Below are positions 38,030 through 46,003 of a stretch of DNA of 64,000 bases, in pieces (position 1 is the stretch's first letter; each line of letters begins with the position of its first letter). The notes under the pieces are model-generated. The model made no database searches. It was not told the origin of the DNA and saw only the letters and a list, made by a program, of their open reading frames with translations. The position numbers were made by a program, and so were the translations under genes. The DNA comes from an uncultured archaeon (GTDB taxonomy: Archaea > Iainarchaeota > Iainarchaeia > Iainarchaeales > GCA-2688035): the NCBI GenBank assembly GCA_964354805.1, contig CAYHBD010000009.1:91538-155537 (forward strand). Reading direction: 5' to 3'.

Positions 38030-39640
38030 CTATTTCTTCTCAAGTATTGCTTTTGCGACTTCTCCGAAGGCTGGCCTTGTGATAAACACTCCGACCAGGA
38101 CTCCGATTGTGGTTGTGATTGCAAACCCGACCAGCCTGCCCAGACCGAAGCCGAGCAAAATCAGTGGCATCATTGTTGCAACGCTGACTGATGCAGCAGC
38201 CACCACAATAAAGAAAGCCCTCTTTGCCCTAGCCAAGAGGCTGCCGCTTTCTGCATCTATTTCGCCTTTTCGCAGCTCGTCCGTTATAATAATCTGGTCG
38301 TCAACGCCTGTTCCAACAGCCGCAACCAGGCCTGCAATGCTGCCCAAGTCAAATTTGCTTATTAAGGAAGTGAAAGCAGCAGCCATTACTACCTCGCTAA
38401 CGCTCCAGAAAATCATGGGCAGAGTCAGCTTCAGTAACCTGTATCTTATGAACAAAATAATGGCAACAACAATTATTGCAAGCAGCCCCATCAAAAACGC
38501 ATTCTGCAGGAAGTTCTCTCCAAGCAGCGGGCTGATTGTTTCCTTGCTAATGCTTTTAACTCTCTGGCTCAGGCTGCCTGATTGCAGGATTATCTCCAAA
38601 TCGCTTCTCCTCTGCTGCGCTGTTTCAGCTGTAGCGCCGCTGCCGAAAATCTGCAGTTTGTCCATTGCCTTTGCGTCCTCAAGCCTTGCGACATCCATCT
38701 GGGCAACGCTCTCGCTCAGGCTGATAATGCTACGCATGCCCAGTGCATCGAAAATAAACGGCTTTTGCTCCGGCACTGGAAACGGCTTTAGCTCAAAGCC
38801 CATTGCTGCGAGCTGCTGCTGCAGTTCATTGCCAAAATCGGATGGAATTATTGCATTCTTTTTCTGCGCAACAAGCGCCTGCAATTGCTGCAATTGCTCT
38901 TGGCTGAAATTGTTTCCGTCAACGATAAAATAGGGCAGTGCCCCGTTCGCCAAAACCTCTTTCATTTTTGTGCCCTCGGGAATGCCTTCAGCCTGCAGCC
39001 CCTGCAATAAAATCTGCTCGTCGTTGTAGTAAATTTTTTTAGGCAGAATCAAAACAGCGTTTTTCGGCCTGTCTATGAAGAAATAGGTTTTATCGCACTC
39101 GTATTCCCTTCCTGCAGTTGGGTCAAAGGAAACAAGCTGGCACCTGTGGAATGTCATTTCCTTAAAGCGGTTTGCTGCATTTATCCTTAAAATAAAGGGC
39201 AGTACCCACCTGAAGCCGTCGCCCTCCTTGTATAGGCCATAGCCCATTGTAGGGTCTTTCTCTATGCTGATTTCTTCGCCTGTAAAGAGAACGTTGCCGT
39301 CGATTGTTGCCTCGAAAACGCCCTGCTTTTTCAGCAGGCTCTCAATCCTTTCAATCGCGGCAGGATCTGTTTCGGCAATCTGGGCAATGACAAAGCTGTC
39401 GCCAAAAAAGTTCACGCTTGTGTCCCTCAAGCCTGTCCAGTCAAGCCTCTGCTGGACTGTTGTTATCATTCTTGCCCTTTCAACAGGGTCTGTTATCGGC
39501 TCCTCCAACTGAACCTGGAAAAGGGTGCCTCCGCTGAAATCGATTCCAAACTGCATGCCTCTTAATCCAAGAATCAAAAGAGCAATGCACAGAAAGAAAA
39601 TCATCAAGAGTATTCTCCAGTTTTTCAACAAAGAAGCCAT
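38030..39640 (-). CDS. secD: Protein-export membrane protein SecD (archaeal); the likely ATG start is at 39640, the track extends to 39676
   Basis: N-terminal TM, a large periplasmic domain, and a C-terminal six-TM bundle (GTGVDDQIIITDE motif). Downstream of secF on the same strand. Confidence 0.8.
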   Translation of the reverse strand: MASLLKNWRILLMIFFLCIALLILGLRGMQFGIDFSGGTLFQVQLEEPITDPVERARMITTVQQRLDWTGLRDTSVNFFGDSFVIAQIAETDPAAIERIESLLKKQGVFEATIDGNVLFTGEEISIEKDPTMGYGLYKEGDGFRWVLPFILRINAANRFKEMTFHRCQLVSFDPTAGREYECDKTYFFIDRPKNAVLILPKKIYYNDEQILLQGLQAEGIPEGTKMKEVLANGALPYFIVDGNNFSQEQLQQLQALVAQKKNAIIPSDFGNELQQQLAAMGFELKPFPVPEQKPFIFDALGMRSIISLSESVAQMDVARLEDAKAMDKLQIFGSGATAETAQQRRSDLEIILQSGSLSQRVKSISKETISPLLGENFLQNAFLMGLLAIIVVAIILFIRYRLLKLTLPMIFWSVSEVVMAAAFTSLISKFDLGSIAGLVAAVGTGVDDQIIITDELRKGEIDAESGSLLARAKRAFFIVVAAASVSVATMMPLILLGFGLGRLVGFAITTTIGVLVGVFITRPAFGEVAKAILEKK

Positions 39641-39843
39641 ATTGTCACCAAAAACAATTTTTAGTTTTCTCTCCAAATTCCAAAAAATCTCCTAAAAAAA
39701 TTTTAGTTTTCTTTCCAATTTCCCAAAAATCACCCAAAAAAAATTTTGATTCCACCTAATTTCCCAAAAATGCCAACCTCAAATTACCCCAAAAAAAAAT
39801 TTTAATTTCCACCCACTTCCAAAAAACCTTTTTCCCAAATCAC
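39641..39843 (-). repeat. Four degenerate tandem ~40-55 bp units between the secF stop and the secD start, each ending in a T7-T9 run (oligo-T terminator-like)
   Basis: Minus-strand units begin GGTGATTT(T)TGGGAAA... or GGGGTAATTTGAGG..., and each ends in AAAATTTTTTT(TT). Confidence 0.6.
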
Positions 39844-40923
39844 CTAAAATATTGTCTTTTTCTTTGCCCTCTCAACATACCACAGCAGCAGCGGGGCGTT
39901 CATCAGCCATGTTCCAATTATGTCTCCAACAAGGCCAAACAGCAGCACTGCTGAGATTTCAAAAATTATGCTGATCTGGTTGAAGTAAGAGACTACCAAC
40001 ATCACCAGAAGCGCGCCTATTGTTGTGCCAGTCATTGTAAGGCCGGTGTTGAGGCTGCCGTAAGCCCTTTCAACAGGGCTTTTCTCCTTCCTCTGCAGCA
40101 TTCTCGAGGTGAGCATTACATCAGTGTCAATGCTGTAACCCAACAGCATCAGCAGTGTTGGAATGCTGCTCAGGGACAAAGGTATTGAGAATACAGCCAT
40201 CATTGCAACAGCGCACCCCACATCAAAGATTCCGCACACTATGACTGCAAAGCTGGGAATGATTTTCCTGAAGAAAATGAAAATCACTATGGTTACGAGA
40301 ATAACCGCGAATATTGCAACATTAAGCCCTGTCTGCCAGAAAGAAGCGCTCAGGGTAGGCGATATCTCCCTTCTCTGGAAAGCACTGCTTTCGGATAATG
40401 AAAAGCGCTGCTTGATCAAATCCTGCATTTGCTGGCTGGCATTCTTGCCTGCCTCAATCAAGGCTAATTCAGCCTTGTTTACCGCCTCTTCAGGCTCACT
40501 TGGCAGGGTTGTGTCAGTGAGGTAACGCTTTACGCTTTCCACTGCATCCCTCGCAAGCTGCAGCGCGGCATCAGGATTATCAGGGTTTGTTTCAAGCGCT
40601 GCCCTGGCTGCCTCTACAGATGCTTTTCCTGATTCCAGGGCAGTGTCTGCCGCAAACTGGATGTTCACGCCGTATCCAGCAGGGCCTGAAACACTGCTTA
40701 CTTTTAATTCTGTTAGTTCAAAGTTTTGTGAGAGCAGACTGCTCAGTTCTGTTGCATCAATGGGCTTGTCTGCCCTGATTATCACCATGGTTCCGCCCTT
40801 GAAGTCAATTCCCATAGGCACTTTGGGCCATACGAAAATGAGGATAAAGAAGACTATGTATAGGGCAATCGGAATTGCGAGCAGCATTTTGTAGTTTTTA
40901 CCGTAGAAGTTTGGCAGCTGCAA
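39844..40923 (-). CDS. secF: Protein-export membrane protein SecF (archaeal)
   Basis: GIDFKGGTMV motif, periplasmic domain, C-terminal TM bundle. Ends with TAG. Confidence 0.8.
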   Translation of the reverse strand: MQLPNFYGKNYKMLLAIPIALYIVFFILIFVWPKVPMGIDFKGGTMVIIRADKPIDATELSSLLSQNFELTELKVSSVSGPAGYGVNIQFAADTALESGKASVEAARAALETNPDNPDAALQLARDAVESVKRYLTDTTLPSEPEEAVNKAELALIEAGKNASQQMQDLIKQRFSLSESSAFQRREISPTLSASFWQTGLNVAIFAVILVTIVIFIFFRKIIPSFAVIVCGIFDVGCAVAMMAVFSIPLSLSSIPTLLMLLGYSIDTDVMLTSRMLQRKEKSPVERAYGSLNTGLTMTGTTIGALLVMLVVSYFNQISIIFEISAVLLFGLVGDIIGTWLMNAPLLLWYVERAKKKTIF

Positions 40924-40983
40924 TCAAAAAACCCCTTTTTAGCAAAAAAACCATTTTTTCAGCAAAAAAACCCTTTTTTTAAA
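40924..40983 (-). repeat. Three tandem A6-7 GGG T6-8 units immediately upstream of secF
   Basis: aaaaaaagggtttttttgctg aaaaaatggtttttttgct aaaaaaggggtttttt (minus-strand reading). Confidence 0.5.
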
Positions 40984-41086
40984 GGCTTAAAAAAAGCTTA
41001 TAACAATAAATTAACTAAAGAATTATTTAAAAAGGTTGGGAAAGAATGAGGCTGCAATCGATTGGAACAAAAGGGGGTGAAAAGCA

Positions 41087-42160
41087 ATGAGGCTGCAATT
41101 GGCATTTCTTCCGCCGCAAAAGGAATTGCTTGAGATAGCTTTCAGCAGGGCAAGAAAGCAGGCGGAAAAAATTGGCGGGCAAGGGACCAAGCTGCAGAAA
41201 TCAAAGCAAAAAGCAACCCAAAAAATCATCACAAGCGCGGCTTACTTCACCGAAAAGCTGCAGCAGGCTGTCCAAGGATTCCCCTCAATGCAAAAACAGC
41301 ACCCTTTCTACAGGGAGCTAATTGAGGCAACTGTTGATTTGGATGCAATGCTCAGGGCCCTTGGCCAAATGAGCGCTGCCAGGAGAATAACCGACAGGCT
41401 GAAAGGGCAGTACATCGGAAAAATCAGGTCCCTTGGAAAGGGAGAGGAAAAAAAAGCGGCTGACCTTGTAAGCGGATTCTACGGCAGGCTTGCATCGCTT
41501 GCAAAAACCATGGACAAAGGGATTACAGCATACAACGAGAACGCGAAAAAAATGCTGGAGCTGCCAAACATAAGATTTGATTTGCCGACGGCAATAATCG
41601 CAGGCTATCCGAACACAGGCAAAACAACAATCCTAAGCAGGCTCACAAAAAGCAAGCCAAAAATAGCTGCATACCCATTCACAACACAGTATCTGCAAAT
41701 AGGATACCTTGTGCAAAACTATCTGGAATTCCAGCTGATTGACACCCCTGGCTTGCTTGACAGGCCTCTTGAGAAAAGAAACAAAATTGAAAGGAAAGCG
41801 ATTGCTGCCCTGCGGCACCTTGCAAATGCCATAATTTTCGTTGTTGACCCGACAACAAGGTGCGGATTTGAACTTGAAAAACAAGCGAATTTGTTCAAAG
41901 AGATTGCAGAAGAATTCAAGGAAACAAAAATTTTGATTGTCTTAAACAAAGCTGACATCGCAAGCAAAGAGGAAATGCATGCTGCGAAAGAAGCATTCGG
42001 CAAAGCTACAATAGTGGAAGGGCAAGGCATCCACTCCAAACTGCGGGAAAAAATCGCAGAAGCGCTGAAGGAAAGAACCGAACCAACGCAGCAGGAAAAG
42101 GAGGCGGAATCAACGGAAGAAAAGAATACAAGCGAGAGCCAAGGCAAGGCAATTGGTTAA
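41087..42160 (+). CDS. nog1: NOG1-family GTP-binding protein (archaeal Nog1 homolog)
   Basis: IAGYPNTGKTTIL (G1), FTT (G2), IDTPGLLDRP (G3), LNKAD (G4), and an N-terminal NOG1 helical domain. Confidence 0.75.
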   Translation: MRLQLAFLPPQKELLEIAFSRARKQAEKIGGQGTKLQKSKQKATQKIITSAAYFTEKLQQAVQGFPSMQKQHPFYRELIEATVDLDAMLRALGQMSAARRITDRLKGQYIGKIRSLGKGEEKKAADLVSGFYGRLASLAKTMDKGITAYNENAKKMLELPNIRFDLPTAIIAGYPNTGKTTILSRLTKSKPKIAAYPFTTQYLQIGYLVQNYLEFQLIDTPGLLDRPLEKRNKIERKAIAALRHLANAIIFVVDPTTRCGFELEKQANLFKEIAEEFKETKILIVLNKADIASKEEMHAAKEAFGKATIVEGQGIHSKLREKIAEALKERTEPTQQEKEAESTEEKNTSESQGKAIG

Positions 42161-42199
42161 ATTTTTATTCAAGAAAGCGCTTATTCTAAAGGATTAAAG
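42159..42199 (+). promoter_or_regulatory. Conserved family upstream element, copy B
   Basis: aaatttttattcaagaaagcgcttattctaaaggattaaag then ATG. Confidence 0.55.
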
Positions 42200-44353
42200 A
42201 TGAAACCCAACAGGGCGGTTTTTGCGATTGCCTTTGCAGCAGCATTCCTGCTCGCAAGCACAAATTGCTACAGCGTGCAACCTGAAAAAGTGTCTTTGGA
42301 GGGGGAAGATTTCATTTTCACTTTTTGGCCGATTTACATAAGCGGATGCACACAGCAAAAACTGGACGACCCTAACAGTATCGCGAGCAAAAGAATGCAG
42401 GGAATTGACACAATGATGGACCCTAGTATAGGAATGACCCATGCAGGCATACATTTCGTGGCCCTTCCCACTGATGAAAATCCATGTTTAACGAATCTTA
42501 AGAATATTAAAAAATACAAGCTGGCTTTAGAAATTAGCGCAGGGCATGGTAGATTAAATGAGGGGCGTACAGAATTAGCTGACATTAAGTGGCCAGCCGA
42601 GTATTTAAACACGGACAAGGGAAAGCAGTTTCTCAAGGCGCCCTGCCTGTGCAATAATTGCACTATCACTGAAGAGATTGCAAACAATTGGTCTGATTAC
42701 GTTGACAAAGAAAGGTGCGGGGATTGGAACAACAATCGTGCACTAGACCCTTCATATACCGGCATATTATGGCAGAATACTTTGAATAATACAAAGGATG
42801 TTGTAGCAAAGGCTCAGCCTGAAATTGTTTTATTTGACACTGAACTATGGCTTAGGCCAGGAGCCATAGACACGGATTTTTATGGGGATACTGATTGCCA
42901 GTGCATGCTTCTTCAAAAGGCCTTTGGATATGATGGATGCGGAACACAACCACCTTGCAACAGGTATGATTATTACCAAAAGAACCCGCTATGCTGCCAA
43001 TATGACCGCTATATTTCTGCCTGGAGGCAGCGCGGGCTTGAGCTGAAAGCGGCAGTTCAATCAGTTTCTTCAGCAAAAGTTTCTTTTTACGACGAAATTC
43101 CAGCAAATGGAAGAAGATATGTTCAGACCTATACCGGGGCGTACTGGGATAATTATGACACAATTGGAGCAATGCCAAGCGGCGTTAGCGACTACCCATC
43201 GCCTTATTTGTACATTGTTCCAAATTTAGAGGTTTTTGAAAAAAACACGCCCTATCTTTCTGGCACAGTCCCCTGGGTCAGCTATACTCACATGATGGGG
43301 TACAGCAATTTCAATGAGCAAAAAGCAGATGTGTACTTTGATCCAAGCGTGAGCAGGGAAGCCGGGCGAATGCTAAGGGAAGCTGGGGCAAAAGGGTTCA
43401 TAGTTTACCCAAACGGCCAAAACATGGAGGAAAGGACTGCTGGAGAGAAGTATTGGCAACACTATGGGAAACAGGGCTATGATTATTGGCTGGCGCATGC
43501 CAAGGAAATGATTGCAGGATTCAACGAAGAACCAACATATGTTGAGAAAAACAAGATTAGGAACAGTGATTTTGAGGCATTCAGGGCAGTAACTAAAGAA
43601 TATAAAAAGGGGGCGGGAATGTCCCATACTAGCAGCCAATTGGTTGGGCAAACACAGTTTGCGCCTGTTTTTTGGTTTTGGCAGGATTCAAGCCCAAATT
43701 ACAACGACATTAATAATGCGGCATTTAGCAATTTGGTTTATGATGACTCGCTGCAAGAATACCTTAAAGTCCCTGATGCTCAACCGTACAAGAATTTTGT
43801 TTTCGCCGATGTTAAGAGCGGAAGCGTTGCCTGGAAGCATTCAAGGAACGGCGAGCCAGGCAGCAGAACCATTTTGTCAAAAACATTCTCAATTGGGGCT
43901 GCTGAGGAAGGAAAGTATAAGTTTTCCATTTGGACAAAAGCAAGCCTTGATTCTGCTAACGGCAAAATTGAATTCTTTTTAGTGAACACAAGCACTTTGG
44001 CAGAGCAAAAACTCGGCGAAACAGGCTTTGAAACAAGCTGGAAAGAATTCAAAAAATATGCAAACATGGCAGTTGGAGACTACAACGTAAAAATACTAAT
44101 AAATGACCAAACAGGGCAAGCAATTGACATATTTCTTGACAAAGCATCGCTGGAAAAAGCGGGGGAAGAATGCGGAAACACAATATGCGAAGCAGGCGAA
44201 ACTGTCTCATGCCCGCAGGATTGCCAAGAATGCATTGATACGCCGAAATTAATAGGCTACATTAGCCAGTGGAAAAGGGGAGAAATAAGCATGCTCACGC
44301 TGATGCAAAAAATGAAGCAATATAAAGCAGGAACAGGATGTCCGACGCAGTAA
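42200..44353 (+). CDS. Secreted protein, family member B of the 'WKRGEI-tail' family
   Basis: Signal MKPNRAVFAIAFAAAFLLASTNC, a large divergent core, and C-terminus CGNTICEAGETVSCPQDCQECIDTPKLIGYISQWKRGEISMLTLMQKMKQYKAGTGCPTQ. Conserved upstream element at 42159..42199. Confidence 0.7.
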   Translation: MKPNRAVFAIAFAAAFLLASTNCYSVQPEKVSLEGEDFIFTFWPIYISGCTQQKLDDPNSIASKRMQGIDTMMDPSIGMTHAGIHFVALPTDENPCLTNLKNIKKYKLALEISAGHGRLNEGRTELADIKWPAEYLNTDKGKQFLKAPCLCNNCTITEEIANNWSDYVDKERCGDWNNNRALDPSYTGILWQNTLNNTKDVVAKAQPEIVLFDTELWLRPGAIDTDFYGDTDCQCMLLQKAFGYDGCGTQPPCNRYDYYQKNPLCCQYDRYISAWRQRGLELKAAVQSVSSAKVSFYDEIPANGRRYVQTYTGAYWDNYDTIGAMPSGVSDYPSPYLYIVPNLEVFEKNTPYLSGTVPWVSYTHMMGYSNFNEQKADVYFDPSVSREAGRMLREAGAKGFIVYPNGQNMEERTAGEKYWQHYGKQGYDYWLAHAKEMIAGFNEEPTYVEKNKIRNSDFEAFRAVTKEYKKGAGMSHTSSQLVGQTQFAPVFWFWQDSSPNYNDINNAAFSNLVYDDSLQEYLKVPDAQPYKNFVFADVKSGSVAWKHSRNGEPGSRTILSKTFSIGAAEEGKYKFSIWTKASLDSANGKIEFFLVNTSTLAEQKLGETGFETSWKEFKKYANMAVGDYNVKILINDQTGQAIDIFLDKASLEKAGEECGNTICEAGETVSCPQDCQECIDTPKLIGYISQWKRGEISMLTLMQKMKQYKAGTGCPTQ

Positions 44354-44378
44354 TAGCATCGCAGCATTTCAATCAATT

Positions 44379-44419
44379 AAATTTTTATTAAAGAAAGCAC
44401 TTATTCTAATTGATTAAAA
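44379..44419 (+). promoter_or_regulatory. Conserved family upstream element, copy C
   Basis: aaatttttattaaagaaagcacttattctaattgattaaaa then ATG. Confidence 0.55.
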
Positions 44420-45871
44420 ATGAAAAAAACAATCAGGGCAATTGCCATCTTTGCATTACTTTTGCTTGCAAGCACAAATGGCAGCAGCGCAAAAAATAAT
44501 ATTTACGGTAGCGGCATAGATACAAATGGCTTGATGCCAATCAATGTTGATGACACCAATGTTAGCTATCGTTTCAGGGCAGAGCATTCAGGGTTGCTTG
44601 AAAGCGTTGCATTTTACCTTGTAATCAACAAGCCGTTGTACACTCAGGGCGATGGCGGGCATTTGCTGGTTGAATTACGAACTGATGATGGCACTGGAAA
44701 TCATTTTCCGTCCAACGAAGTTTTAGCATCACACTATATTGATAAACCAATGGATGGGCGCAGTTATCCCGGTTCTTTTGTTCCTTTACCAGGCAACCCT
44801 TCACCCTGCACTGGCAGCTCGTGCGGCGCTGCTTTCCCAAAAATTCCTTTAAATGCACAAATTGAAGAAGGAAAGCTTTACCACATTGTTTTTTCCAATA
44901 CGCACGCAGACAGCAGGAATAATTGGATGTCCCTGAATCTGCTTTGGGCTGACAGCACACCAATGCAGCCCATGTTTGATGACCTTGATTTTGCACTCCT
45001 TTTTTACGACAACTTCCACAAAACATGGACAACCAATAGCGAAACTCTTAGGACCCCAATATTAAGCGTAGATTACGTTGGTGGCAATTCGCAAGGGCAA
45101 GGCTACATAGAAGCGTGGACAAATGGCTCTGTTGCTATTGCAGGCGATAACAAAGTAAGGGAAAGATTTACTGTAAGCGGCAAGGACAGGCAGATATCAA
45201 AGGCATTTGTCAAGGTGCAAAAACCAGCTGGAACAAATCCAGGGGATTTAACATTCAAACTACAAAAAGATGACGGCACCATTATTGAAGAAGGCAATGT
45301 TGCCTCAGCCAGCATTAGTGAAGGAAGAATGCAATGGGCAAGCTATAGCTTCCGAGAGAAACACACATTAAAAGCAGGGGAAACATATGCCCTTGTTCTT
45401 GAAGCCCCACCCGGTGACTCATATAGTACTTTTGCAATTAGGGAAGGGGGAGATGTTGGATTGAACGGGGGTTTATTCAAAGACGGCAATGCATACTATA
45501 GTGATGACGGTGGACAGAGCTGGAAGGTGATTAGATACAGCGGATTTGATTTACAATTCTATTTTGAATTATCCTGCCCAAACGGAAACTGTGAGGAAGG
45601 GGAAAATTGTTTAACTTGCCCGCAGGATTGCCCCATATGCCAGCCCCAATGCGGCAACGGCACAGCGGACACTGGGGAAAACTGCTCAAGCTGCCCTGCA
45701 GACGTGCAGTGCGAAACAGGACAAGAGTGCATAGAAGGAACATGCACAGCAACGGAATGCATTAGGGAACCAGAGCTGCTCGGCTACATCAGCCAGTGGA
45801 AAAGGGGCGAAATAAGCATGCTCACGCTAATGCAAAAAATGAAACTATGGAGCACCGGAACAGGATGCTAA
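44420..45871 (+). CDS. Secreted protein, family member C of the 'WKRGEI-tail' family
   Basis: Signal peptide, a Cys-rich region CPNGNCEEGENCLTCPQDC..., and C-terminus ECIREPELLGYISQWKRGEISMLTLMQKMKLWSTGTGC. Conserved upstream element at 44379..44419. Confidence 0.7.
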   Translation: MKKTIRAIAIFALLLLASTNGSSAKNNIYGSGIDTNGLMPINVDDTNVSYRFRAEHSGLLESVAFYLVINKPLYTQGDGGHLLVELRTDDGTGNHFPSNEVLASHYIDKPMDGRSYPGSFVPLPGNPSPCTGSSCGAAFPKIPLNAQIEEGKLYHIVFSNTHADSRNNWMSLNLLWADSTPMQPMFDDLDFALLFYDNFHKTWTTNSETLRTPILSVDYVGGNSQGQGYIEAWTNGSVAIAGDNKVRERFTVSGKDRQISKAFVKVQKPAGTNPGDLTFKLQKDDGTIIEEGNVASASISEGRMQWASYSFREKHTLKAGETYALVLEAPPGDSYSTFAIREGGDVGLNGGLFKDGNAYYSDDGGQSWKVIRYSGFDLQFYFELSCPNGNCEEGENCLTCPQDCPICQPQCGNGTADTGENCSSCPADVQCETGQECIEGTCTATECIREPELLGYISQWKRGEISMLTLMQKMKLWSTGTGC

Positions 45872-45964
45872 CGCCAGCATAGCGCAGGCAATGAAAAGCA
45901 GGTGAAGGCTGCCCAATATAAAAATGGCTGCAAGGGGAAAAAGAATTGCAAAAACTGGGGCATT

Positions 45965-46003
45965 AAATTTTTATTCAAGAAAGACCTACTCTAATTGATT
46001 AAA
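45965..46003 (+). promoter_or_regulatory. Conserved family upstream element, copy D (runs into the TTG start)
   Basis: aaatttttattcaagaaagacctactctaattgattaaa. Confidence 0.5.

Noticed and set aside
39641-39843. Tandem repeats between secF and secD considered as a possible CRISPR array
   Set aside because: Units are degenerate, of variable length (40-55 bp) and have no unique spacers between them. There is no leader or cas context. They read as decayed tandem duplications or terminator-like elements.
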